Below are positions 27,110 to 36,433 of a DNA stretch of 64,000 bases, in pieces; within the stretch, counting starts at the first letter, position 1; each line of letters starts with the position of its first letter. The stretch lies in contig CAZSAQ010000003.1 in assembly GCA_964605065.1 (NCBI GenBank), positions 234,210 to 298,209 of the forward strand, read 5' to 3'. This DNA is from an uncultured Chitinophagaceae bacterium (GTDB lineage Bacteria > Bacteroidota > Bacteroidia > Chitinophagales > Chitinophagaceae). The position numbers were made by a program, and so were the translations under genes. Under the pieces are notes generated by a model that saw only the letters and a program-made list of their open reading frames with translations, was not told the DNA's origin and made no database searches.

Positions 27110-28774
27110 TTGTTTTCGCTTATGAGCTTTACTCATTTCAAAGTACCCTATTCGATCGATGAACGCTATGGCAAAAAAGTAGCTTATTTCTCCATGGAAT
27201 TTGCGGTACACCAACCGCTGAAGATCTATAGTGGCGGATTGGGCTTTTTGTCGGGATCTCACCTGCGCAGTGCCTACGAACTGCGTCAGAACATGATTGG
27301 CATTGGCATATTGTGGAAATACGGTTATTATGACCAGGCCAGGAATCAGGATCAGACCCTGCAGGTGACCTGGATGGAAAAACAATACAGTTTTCTGGAA
27401 GATACTGGGATCAAATTTCAGATCATCATCCATGACCACCCGGTTTGGGTAAAAGTCTGGTACCTTAACCCGGAGACGTTTAAGACAGCTCCCTTATTCC
27501 TGCTGAGTACGGATTTGCCGGAAAACGACTATATCTCCCAAACCATCACACACCGTCTTTACGACGCGAATGTAGCAACCAAAGTGGCTCAGTTTATTCT
27601 CCTGGGAGTGGGTGGCGCCAAACTGGTGGATGAAATTGGTTTCAATGCCGATCTCTACCATCTAAATGAAGCGCATGGTGTTTCTTCGGTGTTTTATCTC
27701 TACAAGAAATATGGCAATGTGGAAGATGTGCGCAAAAGACTGGTGTTTACTACCCATACGCCCGAAGAGGCAGGGAATGAAAAACATGATATCCACCTCT
27801 GCCAGAAAATGAGTTATTTCTGCGGGCTTAGTATTGACGAAGTCAGACAGCTCACCGGTCTCAAAGACGATCAATTCAATCATTCGCTGGTGGCGCTCAG
27901 ATTTGCGAGACTCGCCAACGGCGTTTCCCAATTGCATGGCGAGGTGTCGCGAACAATGTGGTCGCGCTATGAAAATATCTGTCCCATTATTTCAATCACC
28001 AACGCGCAAAACTGGCGGTACTGGGCCGACAAACAATTATACCGGGCCAGCGAAGAAGCCAATGACACCTGGTGGGATGACCGGAAAAAATATCTCAAGA
28101 AAAGAGCTTTTGAAATCGTAGCCGATCAGACGGGGAAACTGTATGATCCCAATGTTTTCACGATCGTTTGGGCCAGGCGTTTTGCCGGATACAAACGAGC
28201 CGAGTTGATCACCAGGGACAAGGCGAGGTTTGAAGCGCTGCTCAACAACAAAAAATACCCGGTTCAGATCATTTGGGCAGGAAAGCCTTACCCGATGGAT
28301 TACCCGGCCATCAATGAATTCAATAACCTGGTTCATCTCAGCCGCAACTACAAGAATGTAGCGGTACTGATCGGATACGAACTCACGCTTTCCAAAAGAA
28401 TGAAACAGGCCGCGGATATCTGGCTGAATAATCCCCGTGTTCCGCGGGAAGCTTCAGGAACCAGCGGCATGACTGCTGCCATGAATGGCGCGGTGAATTT
28501 TTCAACCGACGACGGCTGGATCCCTGAATTTGTCAACCATGGCAACAATGGATTTGTGGTGCCGAAAGCTGATTATTCCAGGATGAGTGTTCAGCAGCAG
28601 GATGATTATGACCTGGAAAAATTGTACGACATCTTTGATAAGGAAATTCTTCCTCTTTATTACGATAATTACGAAACCTGGCGACAGGTATGCAAGAACG
28701 GAATGCGCGACGTAAGATTCCGTTTTGATGCCGGCCGCATGGCAGACGAGTACTACAACCTGCTGTACAAGTAG
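27110..28774 (+). CDS. glgP: Alpha-glucan (glycogen/maltodextrin) phosphorylase, GT35 family
   Basis: FSMEFAVHQPLKIYSGGLGFLSGSHLRSAYEL ... TSGMTAAMNG motifs. Confidence 0.85.
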   Translation: MFSLMSFTHFKVPYSIDERYGKKVAYFSMEFAVHQPLKIYSGGLGFLSGSHLRSAYELRQNMIGIGILWKYGYYDQARNQDQTLQVTWMEKQYSFLEDTGIKFQIIIHDHPVWVKVWYLNPETFKTAPLFLLSTDLPENDYISQTITHRLYDANVATKVAQFILLGVGGAKLVDEIGFNADLYHLNEAHGVSSVFYLYKKYGNVEDVRKRLVFTTHTPEEAGNEKHDIHLCQKMSYFCGLSIDEVRQLTGLKDDQFNHSLVALRFARLANGVSQLHGEVSRTMWSRYENICPIISITNAQNWRYWADKQLYRASEEANDTWWDDRKKYLKKRAFEIVADQTGKLYDPNVFTIVWARRFAGYKRAELITRDKARFEALLNNKKYPVQIIWAGKPYPMDYPAINEFNNLVHLSRNYKNVAVLIGYELTLSKRMKQAADIWLNNPRVPREASGTSGMTAAMNGAVNFSTDDGWIPEFVNHGNNGFVVPKADYSRMSVQQQDDYDLEKLYDIFDKEILPLYYDNYETWRQVCKNGMRDVRFRFDAGRMADEYYNLLYK

Positions 28775-28864
28775 TTGCCGGAAATTCTTAAGGAAATGTT
28801 GTAACGCGGAGTGGTTATGTAATATTCCGCGCGGAGGCATCCAATGACTGATTAAATTTTTATT

Positions 28865-30655
28865 ATGAAAAGATCAGTCATTAGTGCCTTTTTCTTATTT
28901 CTGGGAACCGTCGTTTTTGCGTCGCCCGAGCGCCCTGTATTTACCTCCAGCCTGAAAGAAGCAACGGTTTACCGGCTCGGAGCAGAATTGTTTCATACTG
29001 CGCGGGTTAATCTGATACAGGGTACCAGCGAAATTATCATTGATGGTATCAGCAACCGGATCGATATCAGCAGTATCCAGATCGGCACCGAAGGAAAGTT
29101 TACGATCATGTCGATGGAATTCTCCACAGATTTTCTGAAGCCTGTTGTAAAATCCGCCGTGGTGATAAGGCTGGAAGACTCCTTACAATCGCTGGAGCGC
29201 GACCTCAGCAGACTGCAGGTTATGATGAAAACAAACAAAGACATGCTCGACCTGCTGAAGGCTAACCGGAATATCGGAGGCACACAAAACGGAGTAAGTG
29301 TGGCCGAACTGGTGAAAATGATGGAGTATTATAAAGTAAAGAGCCTGGAACTGGAAAATGAGATCAACAGTTTCCGGGAGAAAGAATCCAGGTTGCAGGA
29401 GCAGGCAAGCAAGATCCGCCAGCAGATCGCCGAAGAGGAGCAGAAGAATTCAAAAACCTCCGGCAAACTGTTGTTGCAGGTAATGACGCCGGTAGCCGGA
29501 AATTACAACATCAATATTTCGTATCTGACACCCGCCGCTTTCTGGAACGCCGCCTATGATCTGAAAGTGGAAAATATCAACAAACCGATCAATGTAGCTT
29601 ACAAAGCCCGCCTGGTGCAAACGACGGGTATCGACTGGAAGAATGTGAAGCTGACCCTGGCAACTTCCACTCCCAGCCAGCAAGGGGTGGCGCCGGTATT
29701 TCAAACCTGGTTTCTGGACTACCTTAACCCGGTGGCCAGGATGGAATCTACCCTGATGAATACGGTTCCTTCTATGGCGCGTGGCCGAATTGTTGGCGAC
29801 GAAGCGTCAAAGGAAGTGGCGATCAGGGGTTATGGCAGCATCAGCAAAGACAGCGAACCTCTGTACATCGTCAATGGAGAAGCCATGTCGGCAGAGGAAT
29901 TCAGAAAGATCAACAGCAATTCGATCAAAGAGATCAAGGTTTTGAAAGATGCCAGCGCAACGGCTATATACGGATCGAGGGCTTCCAACGGAGTCATCAT
30001 CGTGACCTTGAAAGACGGGTTGGGAGATTATGTATCTGTCAGCGACAATGAGCTGAATGTTACCTACGCCATAGACATTCCCTATGATGTTCCATCGAAC
30101 GGAAAGGAACAAACTGTAGGCCTGAAAGACCTTACGATTCCTTCTTTTTATAAGTACTATTCGGCTCCCAAACTCGATCAGCAGTCTTACCTGCTGGCCG
30201 AAGTGGCGGATTGGGAATCGCTCAACCTTCTTCCCGGCGAAGCGAATATCATGTTTGAAGGCACCTATGTCGGTAAAACCTATATCGACCCCCAATCGAC
30301 CCTGGATACGTTGAATCTCACTTTAGGTCAGGATAAGCGGGTGGTCGTAAAAAGAGAGAAGTTGAAAGATTTCAGCAGTGTAAAATTTTTAGGAGCCAAC
30401 AAAAAGCAGGTGCTGACTTACGAACTGACCGTGAAGAACAACAAGAAAGAAAAAATTGAAATGCTGCTGAAAGATCAGTTCCCCATTTCAAATAACAAAG
30501 ACATCGAGGTGGAGCTGTTGGAAAGTTCCGGTGCCTCCGTAAACCAGGAAGTAGGAGTGGTTACCTGGAAACTGGAACTCAATCCCGGCGAAGTCAGGAA
30601 ATACAGGATCAGTTACAGTGTAAAATATCCCAAAGATAAATCGCTGAATTTGTAA
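28865..30655 (+). CDS. DUF4140/DUF4139 (MuiA-like mucoidy-inhibitor family) secreted protein with internal coiled coil and a TonB-plug-like segment
   Basis: Signal peptide, a coiled-coil around 29.1-29.4 kb, IKEIKVLKDASATAIYGSRASNGVIIVT, and a C-terminal DUF4139-like region. Confidence 0.75.
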   Translation: MKRSVISAFFLFLGTVVFASPERPVFTSSLKEATVYRLGAELFHTARVNLIQGTSEIIIDGISNRIDISSIQIGTEGKFTIMSMEFSTDFLKPVVKSAVVIRLEDSLQSLERDLSRLQVMMKTNKDMLDLLKANRNIGGTQNGVSVAELVKMMEYYKVKSLELENEINSFREKESRLQEQASKIRQQIAEEEQKNSKTSGKLLLQVMTPVAGNYNINISYLTPAAFWNAAYDLKVENINKPINVAYKARLVQTTGIDWKNVKLTLATSTPSQQGVAPVFQTWFLDYLNPVARMESTLMNTVPSMARGRIVGDEASKEVAIRGYGSISKDSEPLYIVNGEAMSAEEFRKINSNSIKEIKVLKDASATAIYGSRASNGVIIVTLKDGLGDYVSVSDNELNVTYAIDIPYDVPSNGKEQTVGLKDLTIPSFYKYYSAPKLDQQSYLLAEVADWESLNLLPGEANIMFEGTYVGKTYIDPQSTLDTLNLTLGQDKRVVVKREKLKDFSSVKFLGANKKQVLTYELTVKNNKKEKIEMLLKDQFPISNNKDIEVELLESSGASVNQEVGVVTWKLELNPGEVRKYRISYSVKYPKDKSLNL

Positions 30656-30740
30656 CCGTCTGTAGATGCGGAAACAGAAGTGGAGACTGCGGAATAGTTC
30701 ATTATCAGCCCCGTTTGGGACCCACGTTGCCGTTAAAAAT

Positions 30741-30777
30741 AATTCCCCGTCAAATCAGTACGGGGAATTGTTTTTTA
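30741..30777 (+). terminator. Rho-independent terminator
   Basis: aattccccgt / acggggaatt 10-bp stem with loop caaatcagt, then GTTTTTT. Confidence 0.75.
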
Positions 30778-31039
30778 TATATTTTTACGCTTCAATTTTA
30801 CCCCATCATGGAAAGTGACCCGTATAGTTGTTGCTTCTCATTTTCAGATTTCCCTAAAGTATCTATTTACAATACTTCTCCACCCGGTATCATGGAATAA
30901 TACAGTAAGTTGCTGAAATGGAACAACCCATTTCACCAGTAATATTTTACTGCCAGGTATAGCCCCGGCGGTGAAGTGAAGCCTGCGTATATATTTATTT
31001 CAAGTTTAAATTATTTATCACAATAACCCCTGTTTATTT

Positions 31040-32962
31040 ATGGAAAAGGAAACCTTCATCAGGTGGGCATTGATCATTGGCATTCCCTTGCTCAGCCTGC
31101 TATTTTACAAGTTTATTTTGCGCGTATTTTTCGGACTGGTCATTGTTCCGGAAGACCGAATTGGTCTGGTGACCAAAAAATTCGTACTGTTCGGCAAACA
31201 GGAACTGCCGGAGGGCCGCATCATCGCTACCGGTGGCGAGGCCGGTTTTCAGGCGCAGACCCTGGCACCGGGTGTCTATTTCTGGAAGTGGATATGGCAA
31301 TATGAAATATCCTTTCAACCGTTTACTGTAGTGCCCACCGGGAAAATTGGCCTGGTGATGGCTAAAGACGGTGCTGAATTACAAACGGGCCTGATCCTGG
31401 CCAGGAAAGTGGAGTGCGACAGCTTCCAGGATGCCGAATCATTTTTGAGAAATGGAGGACGCAAAGGCCGACAGACAGGCATTATTCCGCCCGGTTCCTA
31501 CCGTATCAACACCTTTCTCTTCGAACTGGAGATTGTTGACATGACCAACATTCCGGAGAATGCCGTAGGCATCGTTACAACGCTCGAAGGTCAGCCTCTG
31601 GATGAAGGACAGATTGCAGGACGTCTCATCGAGGGACATAACAAGTTCCAGGATGTTGACATGTTTCTCAATAAGAATGGATACAAAGGTTTGCAGGAAC
31701 AGGTAATGCTGGCCGGATCTTACTTTCTGAACCCGTGGTTTACCAAAGTGGAAATGGTGCGGATGACAGAAATACCAATCGGTCATGTAGGGGTGGTCAT
31801 TTCTTATGTAGGCGCGGAAGGTGTAGATACCAGCGGTGTGGAGTTCAAGCATGGAAACATTGTTTCAAAGGGGCAAAAAGGTGTTTGGGCCGAACCGCTT
31901 GGTCCTGGTAAATACCCCATCAACCCTTATATCATGAAAGTGGAGCTGGTACCCACTACCAACCTCGTGTTGAACTGGGCCAGCGCCCGGAGTGAATCGC
32001 ACCAGTTAGACAAGAACCTGTCGACCATTACTGTGAGAAGCCGCGATGGTTTTACGTTCAGTCTTGACGTGTCACAGATCATTCACATCCCTACCACTGA
32101 AGCGCCCAAGGTGATCGCGCGATTTGGAAATATGTCGAACCTGGTGACGCAGGTACTGGAACCTACCATTGGTAACTATTTCCGTAACTCGGCACAGGAT
32201 GCAGAAGTGATTGACTTCTTAAAGAGCCGTAAGGAAAGACAGGAAGCCGCCAGAACGCATATTGGCCGCGTACTCGAGCAGTACAACGTGTTTGGTGTAG
32301 ATACGCTGATCGGTGATATTGTACCACCCGAGAGCCTGATGAAGACACTTACAGATCGTAAGCTCGCAGAAGAACAGAAAGTGACTTACGAAACACAGAT
32401 GAAGGCCCAGGAAACGAGGCAGACCCTGGAGAAAGAAACGGCTATCGCCGAGATCCAGAAAGAGATCGTAAAAGCAGACCAGGGCGTATTGATTGCAGAA
32501 CGCATTGCCGATGCGTCTGTAAAAAAGGCAACCGGTGATGCCAATGGAGTTCGAATCCAGGCAACAGCAGAAGCCGACCGGCTCAAGCTGCTCGCATCCG
32601 GTGAGGCCGAGAAAGTCAGACAACTGGCCAAGGCCGATGCGGAAAGAACAGAATGGCTCGCGAAAGCCGAAGCGGAGAAGATCGCGTTGACCGGTAATGC
32701 GGAAGCGGAAAAAATTCTGGCCATTGGTAAGTCCAACGCCGAATCTTACAGGCTTTCTGTGGACGCCATGGGTGGAGATAATTTTACGCAATGGAAAGTG
32801 ATGGAGGCCATCGCCACACAGAAGGTGAAGATCATGCCTGATGTTTTGATTGGCGGACAGGGCGACTCTGCCAATGGGTCAATCAGCGGTTTGCTGGGCA
32901 TGCAACTGCTGAAACAATTGAACAATAAGATCAGCCAGGACGACGAGCCCTCTTCCAAATAG
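31040..32962 (+). CDS. Flotillin-like SPFH/Band-7 protein (YqiK-like)
   Basis: N-terminal TM, an SPFH domain, and a C-terminal Ala/Glu-rich coiled coil with repeated AEAEK/AKADAER. Confidence 0.85.
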   Translation: MEKETFIRWALIIGIPLLSLLFYKFILRVFFGLVIVPEDRIGLVTKKFVLFGKQELPEGRIIATGGEAGFQAQTLAPGVYFWKWIWQYEISFQPFTVVPTGKIGLVMAKDGAELQTGLILARKVECDSFQDAESFLRNGGRKGRQTGIIPPGSYRINTFLFELEIVDMTNIPENAVGIVTTLEGQPLDEGQIAGRLIEGHNKFQDVDMFLNKNGYKGLQEQVMLAGSYFLNPWFTKVEMVRMTEIPIGHVGVVISYVGAEGVDTSGVEFKHGNIVSKGQKGVWAEPLGPGKYPINPYIMKVELVPTTNLVLNWASARSESHQLDKNLSTITVRSRDGFTFSLDVSQIIHIPTTEAPKVIARFGNMSNLVTQVLEPTIGNYFRNSAQDAEVIDFLKSRKERQEAARTHIGRVLEQYNVFGVDTLIGDIVPPESLMKTLTDRKLAEEQKVTYETQMKAQETRQTLEKETAIAEIQKEIVKADQGVLIAERIADASVKKATGDANGVRIQATAEADRLKLLASGEAEKVRQLAKADAERTEWLAKAEAEKIALTGNAEAEKILAIGKSNAESYRLSVDAMGGDNFTQWKVMEAIATQKVKIMPDVLIGGQGDSANGSISGLLGMQLLKQLNNKISQDDEPSSK

Positions 32963-32981
32963 CAATACTCCAAAGAAATGA

Positions 32982-33016
32982 AGGCTGCCTCATTTATTGA
33001 GGCAGCCTCTTTTTAT
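32982..33016 (+). terminator. Rho-independent terminator of the flotillin gene
   Basis: aggctgcctca-tttat-tgaggcagcct, then CTTTTTAT. Confidence 0.75.
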
Positions 33017-33073
33017 GGATGTACATAACGGAATTCTGCGTGGCATTGATTAATTTTAGCCAAATACAGCATA

Positions 33074-34087
33074 TTGACTCCTGCCGCCTGGAAAATACTA
33101 CAGCCCGTAATGATCCTTTTTGGAATTACCGTGATCGGTGTCGTGGGCTATATGATCATTGAACATTTTACCCTGGTGGAGGCGATCTATATGACCACCA
33201 TCTCGGTAACCACGGCGGGATTTACGGAAGTGAGGCCACTCAGCAACGAAGGCAGAATGTTTACCGTTTTTCTGCTGATCGTAAGCTGGTGTTTCTTTGC
33301 CTTTGCCCTGACCCGCCTCACCCAATACATAATTAGCGGAGAAATCAATAAATATTTTAAAACCCGCCGGACCATGAACTCAATATCAAAACTCAAGGAT
33401 CATGTGATCATTTGTGGCTATGGCCGAAACGGGCAACAGGCCGCGGCCACTTTAGGCTATCACGGACAGGAATATGTCGTTATAGAAAGTGACATCAAGC
33501 GGGTGGAAACAGCGCAGGCCGAAGATCCCGAATTGTTGATGATTCACGGAGACAGTACAGACGATGACGTGCTTAGAAAAGCCGGTATATTATCTGCCAA
33601 AGCCCTGATCAGTGCGCTGCCAATCGATTCCAATAACGTATTCATCGTATTATCCGCCCGCTCGCTCAACCCCAACATCCAGATCATCAGCAGGGCTTCC
33701 GAAAGCAGCACTTTCCCGAAGCTGAAAAAGGCGGGAGCGAATAATGTGATCATGCCCGACAAGATCGGCGGTACGCATATGGCTACCCTTGTATCCAAAC
33801 CGGATGTTATTGAATTTATTGATTATTTATCGGGGGAAGAAGGTGAGGCCATCCATATCGAGTCTGTTTCTTATGATCAGTTGCCGGATAATATACGTGA
33901 CCGCTCACTGAGCGAGATCATGGCCTGGAAAAAAACAGGCGTCAACTGTATCGGTCTCAAAGATGCGGAAGGAAAATTTCTGATCAATCCGCCGGAAGAT
34001 GTACTGGTAAAAGAAGGAATGAAAGTGCTGGTACTCGGCACCCGCCAGCAGATTCAGCGGATGAAAATTAATATTAGTGACGATTAG
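33074..34087 (+). CDS. Potassium channel protein with TrkA-N/TrkA-C (RCK) regulatory domains
   Basis: 2-TM pore region (TTAGFTEV), then VIICGYGRNGQQAA (Rossmann RCK_N) and a C-terminal RCK_C. Start is uncertain: TTG at 33074 or ATG at 33110. Confidence 0.8.
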   Translation: MTPAAWKILQPVMILFGITVIGVVGYMIIEHFTLVEAIYMTTISVTTAGFTEVRPLSNEGRMFTVFLLIVSWCFFAFALTRLTQYIISGEINKYFKTRRTMNSISKLKDHVIICGYGRNGQQAAATLGYHGQEYVVIESDIKRVETAQAEDPELLMIHGDSTDDDVLRKAGILSAKALISALPIDSNNVFIVLSARSLNPNIQIISRASESSTFPKLKKAGANNVIMPDKIGGTHMATLVSKPDVIEFIDYLSGEEGEAIHIESVSYDQLPDNIRDRSLSEIMAWKKTGVNCIGLKDAEGKFLINPPEDVLVKEGMKVLVLGTRQQIQRMKINISDD

Positions 34088-34259
34088 TTTGGTTTGCAGT
34101 TTGTAGTTTGCGGTTTGCAGTTTAATAATGTTGTTTACTAAAATTGATTTAAATTAGAATCAGTTTCCATTGGATTAATATCTGAAATACTTCTAGATTT
34201 TTGATAAGTAAAACCGCAAACTGCAAACCGCAAACTGCAAACCGCAAACTATAAACTAC
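34088..34259. repeat. Heptamer-periodic inverted-repeat element, copy A, filling a convergent junction
   Basis: Left arm (ggtttgc agtttgt agtttgc ggtttgc agttt) and right arm (aaaccgcaaactgcaaaccgcaaactgcaaaccgcaaact) flank an AT-rich 87-bp spacer. The right arm ends at the FKBP stop codon. Confidence 0.85.
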
Positions 34260-34981
34260 TTCAAAATATCCAGCAACTCGACTTCAAATATTAAAGTGGA
34301 ACCGGCTTTGATTACCGGACCGGCGTCACTGTCGCCATAAGCCAGATTGGAGGGGATAAACAATCTCCATTTGCTTCCAACGGGCATCATCGGCAGCGCT
34401 TCCACCCAGCCTGGAATCACCTGACCGATCATCAGTTCAATAGGCTCTCCTCTTTCAACAGAGCTATCGAAAACCGTACCATCGATCAGGGTGCCATGGT
34501 AATGAACTTTTACTTTATCGGTTACAGCTGGCTTGGGGCCGGTACCTTCTTTCAATATCATGTATTGAAGGCCGCTGGCAGTAGTAACTACACCCGGCTT
34601 CTTTTTATTTTCCGCCAGAAAAGCTTCTCCGGCCTTGCGTGTACCGGACGATTTTTCGCTTCTGACCTTCTGCATGTAAGCCATGATCACGTTGTTCACT
34701 TCAGATTCATTCAGGCCCGGTTTGCCCGAACTGCAATCAGAAAAACCTTTTGTGATCAGCGAACTGTTTATGTTGGTGATGCCTTGTTCTTTGTAAAAAT
34801 TGGCAATGCTGACGCCAATGGCATAACTGAAAGAATCAGTCGGGTTTTTCAATACGGGTCTGGTAACGGCAGTCTTGGAGGATTTTACCCCGGGCTTGAC
34901 CGCCGCCGGTTTTTTGGCGCCCCCCTGGGCATAACTTCCTAAAGAAGCACTCATCAGAAACAGGATCAACAATTTTTGCAT
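34256..34981 (-). CDS. FKBP-type peptidyl-prolyl cis-trans isomerase (secreted)
   Basis: Signal peptide, then VKVHYHGTLIDGTVFDSSVERGEPIELMIGQVIPGWVEAL. Confidence 0.9.
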   Translation of the reverse strand: MQKLLILFLMSASLGSYAQGGAKKPAAVKPGVKSSKTAVTRPVLKNPTDSFSYAIGVSIANFYKEQGITNINSSLITKGFSDCSSGKPGLNESEVNNVIMAYMQKVRSEKSSGTRKAGEAFLAENKKKPGVVTTASGLQYMILKEGTGPKPAVTDKVKVHYHGTLIDGTVFDSSVERGEPIELMIGQVIPGWVEALPMMPVGSKWRLFIPSNLAYGDSDAGPVIKAGSTLIFEVELLDILK

Positions 34982-35080
34982 GATTATTAAGAATTTGTAA
35001 GGGCTAAAAATAAGTATAAATAAGCGTTGTGCCCGTTTAAAAACGATGGTTGGTTTGTTTTATTTTAGCAAAAATTATCA

Positions 35081-35521
35081 ATGAATCCATATATCAAACC
35101 GGTAGAAGTAAGGTGGTCGGACCTGGATCCGAATTTTCATGTCAGGCATTCGGTGTATTACGACTGGGGCGCTTACTGCCGCATCAATTACCTGACAGAA
35201 AACGGACTGACACCAGCCGTCCTTACCCGTTTGCAGTTTGGCCCGATCCTGTTCCGGGAAGAATGTGTTTTCAGAAAGGAAATACAGTTTGGAGACCTGT
35301 TGACGATTGACCTCCAGCTATTGCGGTCCAGGGAAGACTTTTCGCGATGGTCTATTCGCCACCAGATATTTAAAAATGGCGATCAGCTGGCGGCCGTTTT
35401 AACGGTAGATGGGGCATGGATCGATACGGCGCGTCGAAAACTGGCTACTCCACCGGAACTGGTTCACCAGGGTTTCCGGGAGATGCCCCGTTGTGCTGAA
35501 TTTGAGTGGATAAATAAGTGA
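35081..35521 (+). CDS. Thioesterase-superfamily (4HBT/YbgC-like) acyl-CoA thioesterase
   Basis: 146 aa. RWSDLDPNFHVRHSVYYDW is hot-dog-fold-like. Confidence 0.65.
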   Translation: MNPYIKPVEVRWSDLDPNFHVRHSVYYDWGAYCRINYLTENGLTPAVLTRLQFGPILFREECVFRKEIQFGDLLTIDLQLLRSREDFSRWSIRHQIFKNGDQLAAVLTVDGAWIDTARRKLATPPELVHQGFREMPRCAEFEWINK

Positions 35522-35577
35522 TTTCTTAACAAATTTTTCAGTCATTCGGGCGTTTATTTGTCATCTAACAATATACT

Positions 35578-36321
35578 ATGAAAAGAACTGCACTTCTTAT
35601 GTGCCTGTTTGTGGCCTCACAAACATTTGCACAGCAATCATCCGATTCAAAAGGTGGCATTTTAAAGAAAGCCGGAGGCATCATCAACAAGGTGAAAGGG
35701 GGTAGTGGGAGCAATCTTACCAACGATGAAATCATTGCCGGACTCAAGGAAGCCTTGTCTGTTGGCGCTAATAACAGTGCCGGCAAATTGTCTGCCCTGG
35801 ATGGATTCTTTGCCAATGCCGCCATCAAGATCCTGATGCCGGAGGAAGCCAGGAAAGTAGAATCGGCGCTTCGGACCGCAGGCATGGGAAGTATGGTCGA
35901 CAAGGCGATCCTTTCAATGAACCGGGCTGCGGAAGAAGCTTCCAAATCGGCTGCGCCGATTTTTGTAGACGCCATCAAACAAATGAGCTTCCAGGATGCG
36001 CTGGGTATTCTGAAAGGTGCGGATACAGCTGCTACCAGCTACCTGAAAGGAAAAACTACACCCGCGCTTACGTCGGCATTCAAACCGGTCATCGACGCGG
36101 CACTGGAAAAAACAAATGCCACCAAATACTGGAAAGATGTATTTGAAACCTATAACAAACTTCCCACTACTTTCAAAAAAGTAAACACAGACCTGTCCGG
36201 GTATGTTACAGACAAGGCGCTCACGGGTTTATTTTTCCAGGTAGCGCAGGAAGAACAGAAAATCAGAAAAGACCCTGCGGCCAGGGTAACTGATGTTCTT
36301 AAAAAAGTATTTGCCAATTAA
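35578..36321 (+). CDS. Secreted hypothetical protein (DUF4197-like)
   Basis: Signal peptide MKRTALLMCLFVASQTFAQ. Ala/Lys-rich helical protein. The family assignment is from memory and is tentative. Confidence 0.6.
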   Translation: MKRTALLMCLFVASQTFAQQSSDSKGGILKKAGGIINKVKGGSGSNLTNDEIIAGLKEALSVGANNSAGKLSALDGFFANAAIKILMPEEARKVESALRTAGMGSMVDKAILSMNRAAEEASKSAAPIFVDAIKQMSFQDALGILKGADTAATSYLKGKTTPALTSAFKPVIDAALEKTNATKYWKDVFETYNKLPTTFKKVNTDLSGYVTDKALTGLFFQVAQEEQKIRKDPAARVTDVLKKVFAN

Positions 36322-36343
36322 ATTCAGCGTATGCTGACAATAT

Positions 36344-36379
36344 ATCCCCTGTTTGCCTGCGAACAGGGGATTTTTTTAT
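36344..36379 (+). terminator. Rho-independent terminator
   Basis: atcccctgtt-tgcctgcg-aacaggggat, then TTTTTTTAT. Confidence 0.8.
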
Positions 36380-36433
36380 CCTGCAAGAATCGGTTCGGCT
36401 AATTGACGACCACTTGGTAATTTTGCCTCGGAT

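Noticed and set aside
30715-30900. 61-aa ORF in the spacer before the flotillin gene
   Set aside because: It spans the intrinsic terminator hairpin at 30741-30777. It has no start context or homology.
34088-34259. Possibility that the heptamer-repeat elements are CRISPR arrays or minisatellite expansions
   Set aside because: The repeat unit is 7 bp, with no 28-37 bp repeat/spacer alternation and no cas genes nearby, so they are not CRISPR arrays. The consistent pairing of opposite-orientation arms around a unique spacer at gene ends argues against plain slippage.
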